DNA of 64,000 bases. Origin: an uncultured Candidatus Saccharibacteria bacterium. GTDB taxonomy: Bacteria; Patescibacteriota; Minisyncoccia; Phycocordibacterales; GWA1-40-21. Position 1 is the stretch's first letter; each line of letters opens with the position of its first letter. Below are positions 38,523 to 48,436 of the stretch, piece by piece. The notes under the pieces were generated by a model, which saw only the letters and a list, made by a program, of their open reading frames with translations, did not search any database and was not told where the DNA came from. Both the position numbers and the translations under genes were made by a program. Location of the stretch: contig CAZSCE010000001.1 in the NCBI GenBank assembly GCA_964605355.1, positions 103 through 64,102 on the forward strand, read 5' to 3'.

Positions 38523-39740
38523 TCATCTCTTATATTTTTCTAAAAATTCTTCCTTATATTCTTCAAATTTATTATCTAAAATAGATTGGCGGATCTGAGC
38601 AACCAGGCCCACCAAAAAATGAATGTTGTGGATGGAGGCGAGCGTACCCGCGAGCATTTCTTTACCATGAAATAAATGGCAAATGTAGGAGCGAGAATAA
38701 TGCTGACAAGTATAACAGGTACAGTCACTTTCTACCGGGCTGACGTCATCTCTAAATTTAGTATTTTCAATATGGATTTTTCCAGACTTGGTATACAGCG
38801 TGCCATTTCTCCCCAGGCGTGTAGGCAAAACACAATCAAATAAATCCACCCCGCTTTCCACCCCCATAAATAAATCCTCTGGCTCCCCTATACCTAACAA
38901 ATGCCGGGGCTTTTCTTCAGGTAATATTTCATTTACCCACCTTACCGCGGTCTGCATATCTTCTTTGGCAAAAGAACCGCCAATACCATAACCGTCAAAA
39001 GTTTTTCCCTCCACCTCTAATTCCGAAATAATTTTGGCTGATTTTTTTCTCAGTCCTTCATCCCGCCCACCTTGTACAATACCAAATAAAGAAACTTTAT
39101 CTTCTGTATTTAGTTTTAAATGCTCTTCAAGCGAGCGTTTGGCCCACGCGTGCGTGCGGTCCAGGGCCTCACCTTGATATTTCAAATCTTCAGTGGGAGC
39201 GGTGCATTCATCAAAAGCAAAAATAATATCCGCGCCTAAATTGTGCTGAATCTGAATTGATTTCTCCGGCGTAATATAATGAACAGAGCCATCCAAATGT
39301 GAAGTAAAAGAAACTCCGTCTTGACCTATTTTTACTAATTTTGGCGCCAAGGAATCATCAAACCGTTCCGGGATTAACAAATTTGGGTCTGTCACCTGGA
39401 GCACTTTGGAAATTCCCTTACCATAAGCGGCCCCCAGGGAAAATACCTGGAATCCCCCAGAGTCCGTCATTGTAGGCCCGGTCCAATTCATCATTTTACC
39501 CAGTCCCCCATTTTTCTTTACTATTTCATCCCCGGGTTGTAAATATAAATGATAAGTATTAGCCAAAACTACCTGCGCCCCGGCTTCTTTCACTTGATCA
39601 GTATTCACAGACTTTACCGTGGCCTTGGTTCCCACCACCACAAAAGCCGGGGTTTCTACCACCCCATGCGCGGTGGTAATTTTCCCCACGCGCCCCATTT
39701 TCCCCTCTAGCTTTTTTTCTATCTTAAAGTCTAATGACAT
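38523..39740 (-). CDS. tgt: tRNA-guanine transglycosylase
   Basis: NTYHL, TDSGGFQVFSL, GIVQGG, DLFDCV, CxCxxC..H zinc site. Confidence 0.96.
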   Translation of the reverse strand: MSLDFKIEKKLEGKMGRVGKITTAHGVVETPAFVVVGTKATVKSVNTDQVKEAGAQVVLANTYHLYLQPGDEIVKKNGGLGKMMNWTGPTMTDSGGFQVFSLGAAYGKGISKVLQVTDPNLLIPERFDDSLAPKLVKIGQDGVSFTSHLDGSVHYITPEKSIQIQHNLGADIIFAFDECTAPTEDLKYQGEALDRTHAWAKRSLEEHLKLNTEDKVSLFGIVQGGRDEGLRKKSAKIISELEVEGKTFDGYGIGGSFAKEDMQTAVRWVNEILPEEKPRHLLGIGEPEDLFMGVESGVDLFDCVLPTRLGRNGTLYTKSGKIHIENTKFRDDVSPVESDCTCYTCQHYSRSYICHLFHGKEMLAGTLASIHNIHFLVGLVAQIRQSILDNKFEEYKEEFLEKYKR

Positions 39741-39782
39741 TAGATTTACTATATTACATTATTTTATGATATAATCCACTCC

Positions 39783-40499
39783 ATGAATATATTAAATTTG
39801 TTTAAAAAAATAAAAACAGAGATGAAAGTTCCCCGTGGTGAAAAATTTACCATTAAATCTCTAGACGCTATTGCCCAAAACCGCACGGAAACTACCGGCT
39901 GGGAATTTCAAAGCGGTTATGAGATGGTGAAGAAATACCCCAAATCTGTCAGTATTCTTGGCTCCGCTATTTTAACTCCGGATAATGAGTGGTATAAAAG
40001 GGCAGAAATATTGGCTGGGCGCATTGCCCATGAGCTTAAATATGCCGTGGTGACCGGTGGCGGCCCTGGTATTATGGAGGCAGCAAATAAAGGCGCTTAT
40101 GAGGCTGGTGGAGATTCTATTGGTTACGCTATCAAATTACCCAATGAACAATATGTAAACAAATATTTAACAGATTCTGTAACTTTTGAATATTTTTTCA
40201 CCAGAAAAACCATGATTTTCTGTTCCGCTGAAGCTTATATTTATTATCCGGGGGGTTTTGGGACAATGGATGAATTGTTTGAAATATTAACCCTGATTAA
40301 AACAGGGAAAATGCCTCAAGCACCAGTTATATTGGTGGGTAGAGATTTCTGGCAGCCACTTTTAAATTTCATTGAAAATGAACTATATGAAGATTACCGC
40401 GTTATTCCAAAAGATTTCATGGAGATATATAAAATTGTGGACTCTGATGACGAAATACTAAAAATCATCAAAAACGCTCCTTTAAGAACTGACTATTAA
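39783..40499 (+). CDS. LOG family (TIGR00730-like) nucleotide phosphoribohydrolase
   Basis: TGGGPGIMEAANKGA, PGGFGTMDELFE. Confidence 0.9.
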   Translation: MNILNLFKKIKTEMKVPRGEKFTIKSLDAIAQNRTETTGWEFQSGYEMVKKYPKSVSILGSAILTPDNEWYKRAEILAGRIAHELKYAVVTGGGPGIMEAANKGAYEAGGDSIGYAIKLPNEQYVNKYLTDSVTFEYFFTRKTMIFCSAEAYIYYPGGFGTMDELFEILTLIKTGKMPQAPVILVGRDFWQPLLNFIENELYEDYRVIPKDFMEIYKIVDSDDEILKIIKNAPLRTDY

Positions 40500-40517
40500 T
40501 ACTACTGTTAGGAAATT

Positions 40518-40961
40518 CTAAATTGAAGAACCTGAATAAGGTAAGGGCAAAAGCTCTTTTAGGCTGGTTTTTATAATATTATCCTTAGCGCTATTTGAAC
40601 AAATTATTTCTATATTTCCCCCATTCATCGTTAAATACTCCTCCATGAACTGTCGGCAAACCCCACAAGGCATCACCGGGTTCTCCACTACGCCATCACT
40701 ATCAGTACCAATCAGGGCCAGGCTGGTTACTTCCCTTAAACCCTGAGTATTAGCATTAGCAAAAGCAATCCTTTCTGCGCATAGATTCACAGTAGAGGAA
40801 GCGTTAGCCATACTGGAGCCCAAAATTATTTCCCCACTTTTAATCCTAACTGCCGCGCCAACTTTATTTTGATTATTATAGGGGTTATAGGCATTTACCA
40901 AGGCCTTTTCTGCCTCTAATAATAGCTCCTGTTCTTCTTTATTTAAATCTGTAAATTTCAT
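40518..40961 (-). CDS. cdd: cytidine deaminase
   Basis: AYNPY, VGAA, CAERIA, PCGVCRQ, LLP. Confidence 0.88.
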   Translation of the reverse strand: MKFTDLNKEEQELLLEAEKALVNAYNPYNNQNKVGAAVRIKSGEIILGSSMANASSTVNLCAERIAFANANTQGLREVTSLALIGTDSDGVVENPVMPCGVCRQFMEEYLTMNGGNIEIICSNSAKDNIIKTSLKELLPLPYSGSSI

Positions 40962-41491
40962 ATTGTTATTTGATTATATATTAAAAAATACTTTACTCCA
41001 TACAGTATAGCAATTAATACAGCTAAAGTGCAAAACTGCAGGAATACCCCGGCTAATTGATTTAGTTTAAAGATAACTTTTGAGTGTATTAAACCTGCAT
41101 GAAAATCAAAAAAATGACCGAGCGGTTTATGTTTCAAAGTAAAATAAAGAAAAGTCAGACCGTCCGGAATCAGTGCCGCAAAAGCGCCCAGAAAAAAAAT
41201 CAAAGGATGAACCGGATTAAAGAAAAACATAAAAGCTAGAATAAAACCCAAAAAAGCATCAAAAGAAACCAAGATAATATCCCTGATTAAGCTAAATTTT
41301 TTCTGAATTATATCTATTACTTTATCTTTTGTATTACTACTAAAATCTACAGAGATTAATTCATAATCTTTATGAGGAATGGAGTCCAAAGCAAAATGGC
41401 TGGCAAAACCCAGGGCAAAGCCAGCCACGGGATGGTTTGGCATCAGGGAGGCCACCGCGGCACCAAAAACGGCATGAACGGATAAAATCAT
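40958..41491 (-). CDS. membrane-bound metal-dependent hydrolase-like protein
   Basis: N-terminal His, SHFALDSIPH, IPD motif, several TMs. Confidence 0.6.
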   Translation of the reverse strand: MILSVHAVFGAAVASLMPNHPVAGFALGFASHFALDSIPHKDYELISVDFSSNTKDKVIDIIQKKFSLIRDIILVSFDAFLGFILAFMFFFNPVHPLIFFLGAFAALIPDGLTFLYFTLKHKPLGHFFDFHAGLIHSKVIFKLNQLAGVFLQFCTLAVLIAILYGVKYFLIYNQITI

Positions 41492-41497
41492 ATTTTG

Positions 41498-42496
41498 TTA
41501 ATTAGCTATACAGACATTATATCCGGCCACCTGCGCATTATAAATATCAATCAAGCTTTTAAGAGCCGCTACCGCGTCATTTACCCTTCTGGCTAATAAA
41601 TTATATTCGGCCACTTTCTGTCTATATATTGCCACATCAAAACCAGAGGTACTAGTTATAATAGCCAAATTATCTGACAATATTTTGGCATCGGCCTGCA
41701 TTTGTTTTATGGCGGTTGATGAGGAATCAATTAAATTTTTTGTTCCTGTATTAGGTCCAGCGCAATTTGCTAATGGGCGCCCAAAAACCTGTACAGCGAT
41801 AGTGGTTTCCTCTCCTTTATATATTCCCTGCCTCACTGCCACTCCTAACTCAGTATATTTTCCATTTAGGATATTAGCCCGGTGACCAGCGCTATTCATC
41901 CAGGCTGTCACAATAGCCTGATCATTATCATAATTACCCAACGCTAAATTTTCACCAATTAAAAGATAACTATATCCATCTATTTTTGCTAATTCAGAAA
42001 CAGATTTACCGTCCGGTGACTCGTGCTCAAAATACTGATTGGTAAACAAATCATCAACTCGGCCCAAAGCAACAATATCTAATATATGATTAGCAGATAG
42101 TGGTGGTAATGATTTAGCCGCCCTCTCCTGGTTAGTATAAAATAATATTTCAGAATAATTATTATCCCAAACAGGTTCTGTCACAGAAAAATCTGAAGCA
42201 GAAGTATTTGTGAATATTATAGGGCGAGGTAAATCAGGTACTGGAGCTTGATTAACAGAAACAGAGACAGTAGGTGGAGTTACAACATTTGCGGGCTTAT
42301 TAACTAATAACTGTAAATTAAGTAAAAAGGAAATAAAATCGGAAACGCTAACGGTAATAGCGTTACCGGCCTGCTGAATCATATTTATAGGGCTAAAACC
42401 AATGGCCGTAGCTGGAGTAGCCATAAATAAATAACCGGCCATAATAATCACCATCAAACAAACCAGGCTAATTTTCATATACTTACCGCCTATCAT
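41498..42496 (-). CDS. secreted CAP/SCP-domain protein with C-terminal coiled coil
   Basis: TNQER, YFEH, GENLA, WMNSAGHRANIL; signal-like N-terminus. Confidence 0.88.
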   Translation of the reverse strand: MIGGKYMKISLVCLMVIIMAGYLFMATPATAIGFSPINMIQQAGNAITVSVSDFISFLLNLQLLVNKPANVVTPPTVSVSVNQAPVPDLPRPIIFTNTSASDFSVTEPVWDNNYSEILFYTNQERAAKSLPPLSANHILDIVALGRVDDLFTNQYFEHESPDGKSVSELAKIDGYSYLLIGENLALGNYDNDQAIVTAWMNSAGHRANILNGKYTELGVAVRQGIYKGEETTIAVQVFGRPLANCAGPNTGTKNLIDSSSTAIKQMQADAKILSDNLAIITSTSGFDVAIYRQKVAEYNLLARRVNDAVAALKSLIDIYNAQVAGYNVCIAN

Positions 42497-42539
42497 GTTT
42501 ATAATTCTACCATATTTTTAATATTTATTGTATAATTGA

Positions 42540-42932
42540 ATGATGAAAATCATCTTCACCGTTTTGGGGTATTTAAAGTGGCATTATGGCAAGGCCATAT
42601 ATTCACTTGGTAAAATTTGGAAAAACTTTTTAAATTTTCTATTTGACCTTTTCTCCATTAATTTATTATTTAAAAACTTCTTTGACCCCTGGAAAAGAAT
42701 GGATGATACATACCCAAAAAGCTTTAATATCAAGGAATACTTTTATGCCTTCTTAACAAACTCTATCGTAAGAATTGTAGGCATGCTAACAAGAACATTT
42801 TTTATTATTATTGGCTTACTGTCTTTAACTATCCTTACCCTACTATATCCGGTAATAATAATCATCTGGCTTTTGCTGCCTTTTATAATTCTAGCACTTA
42901 TGGGTATAGGCCTGCTATTAATATTAAAATAA
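42540..42932 (+). CDS. small membrane protein preceding Clp-like ATPase
   Basis: WHY, FSINLL..FFDPWKR, C-terminal hydrophobic helices; 1-nt gap to the next gene. Confidence 0.7.
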   Translation: MMKIIFTVLGYLKWHYGKAIYSLGKIWKNFLNFLFDLFSINLLFKNFFDPWKRMDDTYPKSFNIKEYFYAFLTNSIVRIVGMLTRTFFIIIGLLSLTILTLLYPVIIIIWLLLPFIILALMGIGLLLILK

Positions 42933-42933
42933 G

Positions 42934-45426
42934 ATGACCAGAACAGAAATATTATTAAAGAAAAGTCACATTTACCCCGCACTTCTACTTGAGGGATTTT
43001 TCTCAGGTGAAAAAAGAAGGTTGATAATTAAGATAACAAAATATTTATTAATATCTATCCCTATCATAATTATTCTAAGCCTTATTTTTGGTAGTTTTAT
43101 GGGGCCCAGTATTAACACGCTAATTAATACAATCATATTAAAATTATTAGGCCTAATTATTCTTTCCTTTGCCCTATATCTATTGATGCAAGCCTTTGAA
43201 GCTTATTTTGCTTCTACTTATTATTTTGAATATGTAGCCAAAAATAAATACACGGCTGGTGATATATACACCTTCTCGGCTGGAAGAATATTAAGGAGGG
43301 TGGAGAATGATAATTTATTAACTGGTCTTTTAAAATCTCAGGGTGTTGGTAAAAGGATAATTCGTCGGTTAGGAATAAGTGAAAATGAGGCAGATACTCT
43401 ACTCATGAAACAGGCAGATATTAAAAACCCGCCAATTTTTAAAACAGATAATATACCTCTGATCAAGGTCTCTACTATAGTTGATTTTATTTATGAAAAT
43501 CATTCAGATTTTAAGGAGTTATTATCAAATCGTGGTATTAAACAAGCTGATCTGGACGCCGTGGTAAGCTGGGTGATTTATGATTTGGAAGATATAGAAT
43601 ACAACAGACAGTGGTGGGTGCCAGAAAAATTATCAATGATACCAGGGGTAGCAGAAGATTGGTCATTTGGCAGAACGTATTTATTAAGCCGATACAGCCG
43701 AAATATATTAAATGATGTTGAGGTAAATTCTGGAGCAATTTCCTTTTCAGGCAGGACCAGAGAATTAGAACAACTTCAATCTGTCTTGGCCAGATCCTCT
43801 GGTGCCAATGCCCTACTCGTGGGCCTACCGGGGCAAGAGAAAATGGAAGTAATTTGGAACCTAAGCCGAAATATTAAGAACAAGACCGCTAGCCCAGAAT
43901 TAATTGGTAAAAAACCATTACTATTCTTAACAACCAATTTTACGGCAGAGATGAATAATAAGGATGACTTTGAAGATAAGCTGGTTACTATATTTGCTGA
44001 AGCTCTTCAAGCGGGAAACATTATTTTAGTGGTAGATAACTTTCCAAGACTTATTTTACAAGCAAAGCAATACGGCCTAAATTTAATTGAGATAATTGAA
44101 CCATATTTAAATAGTATTAATGACCCTATCATAGCTTTGGCTGACACAGAATATTTTCACACCCTGATAGAATCAGATCAGGCCACAATGTCACACTTTG
44201 AAACCGTACTTACCAAACCCCTTCTCTTAGATGAAATAGTAAAAATTATTTCTCATCAAGTTTTAGTTGTTGAAAGAATATACGGCATAACATTTACCTA
44301 TCTGGCGATACTTGAAATTGCCAAGAGTGCAGAATATTATTTCCCAGATGGAGTATCATCTGATAAAGCCACAGATTTATTAAAAGAAATTTCTCCTTGG
44401 GCAATAGAACATAGGTTAGAAATTCTTGGTAAGGAAGAAGTATTAGATTATGTTGGACAAAAAACTAATATTCCCCTAGCCAGGATTTCATCTGACGAAA
44501 AAGACAAGTTACTTAATCTTGAGGATTTACTGATGAAGCGAGTGGTGGCACAAAGAGAAGCCATCTTTTCTGTGGCTAGTGCCATGAGACGTAGCCGAGC
44601 GGGCATCAGAAATGAAAAGAGGCCGTTGGGATCATTCTTATTCCTGGGCCCAACCGGTGTGGGAAAAACAGAAACCGCTAAAGCCATGGCTGACGTATTT
44701 TTTGGTGATGAGAAATTATTAATGCGCCTGGACATGTCTGAATATCAAAATACAGAATCCCTGGCTCGCCTGATAGGCTCTAGAGAAAATAACACCCAAG
44801 GAATACTTTCAAATATGTTACGCGAACGCCCTTATGGCGTACTATTACTGGATGAATTTGAGAAAACTAACAAAGACGTGCTGAACCTATTTTTGCAAAT
44901 AATTGATGAGGGGTATTTCTCTGATGTCTTTGGCAAAAAGGTTATGGCCAGGAATATTATGTTTATTGCCACCAGTAACGCCGGCGCCGAGAAAATATTT
45001 GATATTGTCTCAACCGGTAAAGACCTAAAGAAGTTTGAAACTGAAATAGTGGCTGATATAGTAAAACAAGGTATTCTTAAGCCAGAACTTATTAACCGTT
45101 TTGATGCCACTGTTTTATTTCACCCCCTCACCAAGGAAAATTTATTTGAGATTGCTAAAATTATGCTAAATAAAGTTGCTAAACGCTTAGCAGAAAAAGG
45201 TATGATCCTAACTGTAGACAAAGAATTAATTGATTTTGTGGTCACCGGTGGCTACAACCCCACCTTTGGTGCCCGCCCCATGAACCGCCTTATTCAGGAT
45301 ACAGTGGAGCAACATTTAGCTGACTTAATTATTCGTGAAGAATTAACTGCCGGCCAAACGGTCAGTTTCAAGATACTCTCAAATGAAGATAATAAAAATA
45401 GCTTGAAACCAATAGTGGAAGGCTAA
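42934..45426 (+). CDS. membrane-anchored ClpA/ClpB-like AAA+ ATPase
   Basis: two N-terminal TMs; degenerate D1; D2 GPTGVGKT, DMSEY, LLDEFEK, PELINRFD, FGARPM. Confidence 0.88.
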   Translation: MTRTEILLKKSHIYPALLLEGFFSGEKRRLIIKITKYLLISIPIIIILSLIFGSFMGPSINTLINTIILKLLGLIILSFALYLLMQAFEAYFASTYYFEYVAKNKYTAGDIYTFSAGRILRRVENDNLLTGLLKSQGVGKRIIRRLGISENEADTLLMKQADIKNPPIFKTDNIPLIKVSTIVDFIYENHSDFKELLSNRGIKQADLDAVVSWVIYDLEDIEYNRQWWVPEKLSMIPGVAEDWSFGRTYLLSRYSRNILNDVEVNSGAISFSGRTRELEQLQSVLARSSGANALLVGLPGQEKMEVIWNLSRNIKNKTASPELIGKKPLLFLTTNFTAEMNNKDDFEDKLVTIFAEALQAGNIILVVDNFPRLILQAKQYGLNLIEIIEPYLNSINDPIIALADTEYFHTLIESDQATMSHFETVLTKPLLLDEIVKIISHQVLVVERIYGITFTYLAILEIAKSAEYYFPDGVSSDKATDLLKEISPWAIEHRLEILGKEEVLDYVGQKTNIPLARISSDEKDKLLNLEDLLMKRVVAQREAIFSVASAMRRSRAGIRNEKRPLGSFLFLGPTGVGKTETAKAMADVFFGDEKLLMRLDMSEYQNTESLARLIGSRENNTQGILSNMLRERPYGVLLLDEFEKTNKDVLNLFLQIIDEGYFSDVFGKKVMARNIMFIATSNAGAEKIFDIVSTGKDLKKFETEIVADIVKQGILKPELINRFDATVLFHPLTKENLFEIAKIMLNKVAKRLAEKGMILTVDKELIDFVVTGGYNPTFGARPMNRLIQDTVEQHLADLIIREELTAGQTVSFKILSNEDNKNSLKPIVEG

Positions 45427-45971
45427 AATTTCCCTCTGGAAATATACATGCCAATTAGTAAAAAAATCAGAGCCACTAAATAGCCTCCAATAATATCTGT
45501 AAAATAGTGAACACCTAAATATATTCGGCTGTAACCTATTAGTAATATAATTAAAAGGGAGGTAATAGATAAAATAATTTTCAGGGTCAAACCTAGGCGG
45601 AATTTCCAAAAACAGTAAGCCAAAAAGCCAAAGAAAGCCAGAGTAAGGGTGGCATGGGCACTGGGAAAAGAAGGCAGCCTTTCTACGTATAAAGCAATCT
45701 CCGCCCCCGGTCTTGCTCGATGGACTAAATACTTTACGATCACCGTCATAACGCCTGAGCCTAAAATTGTAACAATAAAAGGTAAAATCAGACCTTTCTT
45801 TTTTCTCAACCAGAAAAAATAGATACTAATAATTGACATAACAGCAACAATATACCAAGTACCAATCATGGTAAAAATCATAAAAAAATTATCCCAGAAA
45901 ACGCTTCTTAAACCCACCACCACCTCTGCAATATTATGATCAATTAAAACTAAAAAATTTAGAATATTCAT
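45423..45971 (-). CDS. PAP2-family membrane phosphatase
   Basis: K...RARP, SFPSAH, SRIYLGVHYFTD. Confidence 0.92.
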   Translation of the reverse strand: MNILNFLVLIDHNIAEVVVGLRSVFWDNFFMIFTMIGTWYIVAVMSIISIYFFWLRKKKGLILPFIVTILGSGVMTVIVKYLVHRARPGAEIALYVERLPSFPSAHATLTLAFFGFLAYCFWKFRLGLTLKIILSITSLLIILLIGYSRIYLGVHYFTDIIGGYLVALIFLLIGMYISRGKF

Positions 45972-46029
45972 GAATTATGGTAATTATTTCTATTAGCCGT
46001 CCGAATAAATCAGACGGCCGGAGAAATCA

Positions 46030-46242
46030 CTACATCATTGGCTGATTCTTGCCAAGCTTCTTGGCAATAACCAAAAGATAAAGTGCAGACAAGCCTACTA
46101 AACCGTAAACTACCTTTGCCACTACACCTACGCCCAATAGAGCGGCAACCAAGTTATAATCAACAACTGCTAATCCCCAATTCAAGCCACCAACTATGAC
46201 AAGAACAAGAGCTACCCAATCCAATACATTTAGTTTTGACAT
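46030..46242 (-). CDS. DUF378 family membrane protein
   Basis: LVIVGGLNWGL, NLVAALLG, VYGLVGLSAL. Confidence 0.85.
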   Translation of the reverse strand: MSKLNVLDWVALVLVIVGGLNWGLAVVDYNLVAALLGVGVVAKVVYGLVGLSALYLLVIAKKLGKNQPMM

Positions 46243-46318
46243 ATTTTTATTTTTAAAAATTAAAATACGACCTTTATTATCAATCCATTATATCATATAA
46301 AACAAATCGTCAATAGGG

Positions 46319-46552
46319 CTAATTTTTTTCGAGATAATTCATATCAGTAGTAGGGATACTAGAAAAACTGTCCCCAGCAACAGACGAAAATTCTCGTCCT
46401 GTTCTAATTTCAAATTCTTGCAAAGCCACCTCCATTGTGGGCGCTAAAAAAGTTTCCAATATTTTACCATTATTACAAAAAGTGTATTCAGAAGCGGGTA
46501 GACTCTCTTTAGACTCTATTTCTAAATCTGGTTGTTGTGGCATGCCCTCCAT
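46319..46552 (-). CDS. hypothetical protein
   Basis: 77 aa ORF with TATAGT 6 nt before ATG. Confidence 0.45.
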   Translation of the reverse strand: MEGMPQQPDLEIESKESLPASEYTFCNNGKILETFLAPTMEVALQEFEIRTGREFSSVAGDSFSSIPTTDMNYLEKN

Positions 46553-46592
46553 ACTTATACTATATCAAATGATTTACCATATTCCAAGGTAA

Positions 46593-47162
46593 TTAGTATT
46601 TACGAATTACCCCTTTGACAATAGCTGCTATTTGAAGTTCGTGTTCTGGGTAAATAGGGGAAAAATCCTTGTTTGCGGGCTCCAGATATATTTTACCTAG
46701 CCTGTTCCGGTAATATTTCATAGTCCAGCCACCATCCACAGAAGCAATAACAATCTCACCATCCCGGGGCTCTCTCTTGGTTTTCTCAGCAATCACCATA
46801 TCACCTTCGTGAATACCAGCATCAATCATGGAGTCACCTTTTACTTTTAATAAATAAGAGGAATCTTTATCCCTAATCAAATAATCATCAATATTTATGG
46901 TATCCAGATCAATTTCCTCTGCGGTGGTGGGAAAGCCGGCCTCTACCAAACCCAGAAGTGGCACCTCGCCAAGCAACTTATTGGGAATCAAATGCCCGCT
47001 ACTATCCTTATCTAGTACACCGTCATCAATCAATTTATGAATTACTTTGGCTACCGCATTTTTAGATTTGAAGCCAAGAAGCTTCATCATTTCCGTATAA
47101 ACCGGCATGCGCTTGTTAGCTTTGTAAAAGGAGATTATTTTGTTTTTATAATTATCCAGCAT
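46593..47162 (-). CDS. lexA: LexA repressor (winged HTH plus S24 peptidase)
   Basis: RMP..TEM..LLGFKS HTH, EAGFP Ala-Gly site, VKGDSM, TMK. Confidence 0.88.
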   Translation of the reverse strand: MLDNYKNKIISFYKANKRMPVYTEMMKLLGFKSKNAVAKVIHKLIDDGVLDKDSSGHLIPNKLLGEVPLLGLVEAGFPTTAEEIDLDTINIDDYLIRDKDSSYLLKVKGDSMIDAGIHEGDMVIAEKTKREPRDGEIVIASVDGGWTMKYYRNRLGKIYLEPANKDFSPIYPEHELQIAAIVKGVIRKY

Positions 47163-47189
47163 TTTATTTATAATAAATCAGTAGCCCTA

Positions 47190-47405
47190 TTATAGCAGAA
47201 ATGTAGCTACTACGTTTACTGTGCGCTGTAACCAGTTAGACTGAAAGCGAGACAGGCGGTGTAGGTCACTTAACCGGTTCAACAAAAAGCGGTGACGGAG
47301 GGCTTCACGCCTATAAGATACACCTTCAACAATTTTCACATCAATGATGTCATTAATCTTGGCTAACTCTGACTTAATCCTCTTTTCTAAAATAAATTTG
47401 CTCAT
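47190..47405 (-). CDS. small basic protein, first gene of lexA operon
   Basis: 71 aa ORF between promoter and lexA. Confidence 0.55.
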   Translation of the reverse strand: MSKFILEKRIKSELAKINDIIDVKIVEGVSYRREALRHRFLLNRLSDLHRLSRFQSNWLQRTVNVVATFLL

Positions 47406-47419
47406 GTTATTATTGCTTA

Positions 47420-47510
47420 AAGAGAAAATAATGTTTACAATTTTCAGCGCGTAGGACCCACCCGTACTCGGGAAGGGTGAAGCGTGAAAATTTAAATATT
47501 GTTTTCTCTT
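47420..47510. repeat. structured repeat family A, copy 2
   Basis: core at 47457-47483; arms AAGAGAAAATAATGTTTACAATTTTCA / TGAAAATTTAAATATTGTTTTCTCTT. Confidence 0.85.
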
Positions 47511-47527
47511 ATATTATTATGTAGTTA

Positions 47528-47556
47528 AGTATAGGTGAACGCTCGTTCACCGTCAA
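47528..47556 (-). promoter_or_regulatory. sigma70 promoter with putative LexA operator in the spacer
   Basis: TTGACG-N17-TATACT on minus strand; palindrome GGTGAAC-gctc-GTTCACC (47534-47551). Confidence 0.8.
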
Positions 47557-47565
47557 CCCTAAAAC

Positions 47566-47574
47566 TGTGGATAA
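47566..47574 (-). promoter_or_regulatory. DnaA box
   Basis: exact TTATCCACA on minus strand. Confidence 0.4.
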
Positions 47575-47646
47575 CTTATTTCCGATACATTATCCCCCAC
47601 TTGTAAATAGTTGTGCCAAGCCAGCCTTTAATATATAGTTATATTT

Positions 47647-48396
47647 ATGCTACCAATAATTCTTTCATCCCTGGTTATAATGCTGGCTTCCTTGATTGGG
47701 GTGATTTCTGTTTGGAAAAATCTGGGGCAAATTATTGAGAGAAATTTACACTTTTTAGTCAGTTTCTCGGCTGGGGTCTTTCTTTATATTTCCTATGAAT
47801 TATGTCTGGAAACTATTCACGAGGCTCCCACAATTCAGAACGGTTTCTTATGGATTCTGGTTGGTATTTTTGGAGTCTGGTTAATTTTTAAATTACTCCC
47901 CACTTTTCACCACCATCATGACAATGAAACAGAGATTCACGTTCACTCTCAGATTGATGCCCGAAAAATATTGATTAGTGATGGTTTACACAATATTGGT
48001 GATGGTATTTTACTAGTCACATCTTTTACTGTCAGCTTGACCCTGGGTATGGTGGCCACCTTAAGTATTTTTGTTCATGAAATAATCCAAGAAATCTCAG
48101 AATTTTTTGTTCTTCGCGGGGCTGGTTATTCTGTGAGGAAGGCTCTTATTACCAGCTTTGCTATTTCCAGCACCATTTTGATTGGCTCTGTTGGTGGTTT
48201 ATTTTTATTAGACAATTTTAAAGTATTTGAAATCCCCCTCCTGGGCCTAGCCGCTGGTTCATTTTTAATGGTGGTTATCCAAGATCTCATCCCCCATTCT
48301 ATAAAAGTTTCCACCAGCCGCGCCCACATTATAAAACACCTTGCCTGGTTTTTAGCCGGCCTATTAATTATGATAGGGCTGAGTACTATTAGTTAG
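47647..48396 (+). CDS. ZIP-family zinc/iron permease
   Basis: SFSAG, His-rich loop HHHHD, DGLHNIGDG, HEIIQE. Confidence 0.92.
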   Translation: MLPIILSSLVIMLASLIGVISVWKNLGQIIERNLHFLVSFSAGVFLYISYELCLETIHEAPTIQNGFLWILVGIFGVWLIFKLLPTFHHHHDNETEIHVHSQIDARKILISDGLHNIGDGILLVTSFTVSLTLGMVATLSIFVHEIIQEISEFFVLRGAGYSVRKALITSFAISSTILIGSVGGLFLLDNFKVFEIPLLGLAAGSFLMVVIQDLIPHSIKVSTSRAHIIKHLAWFLAGLLIMIGLSTIS

Positions 48397-48436
48397 TTAA
48401 TAAAATTCACAGAATAATATGATTTTGGAGACGTAA

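Noticed and set aside
38384-38584. 66-aa + strand ORF
   Set aside because: Translation of a terminator and palindromic repeat, overlapping the tgt end
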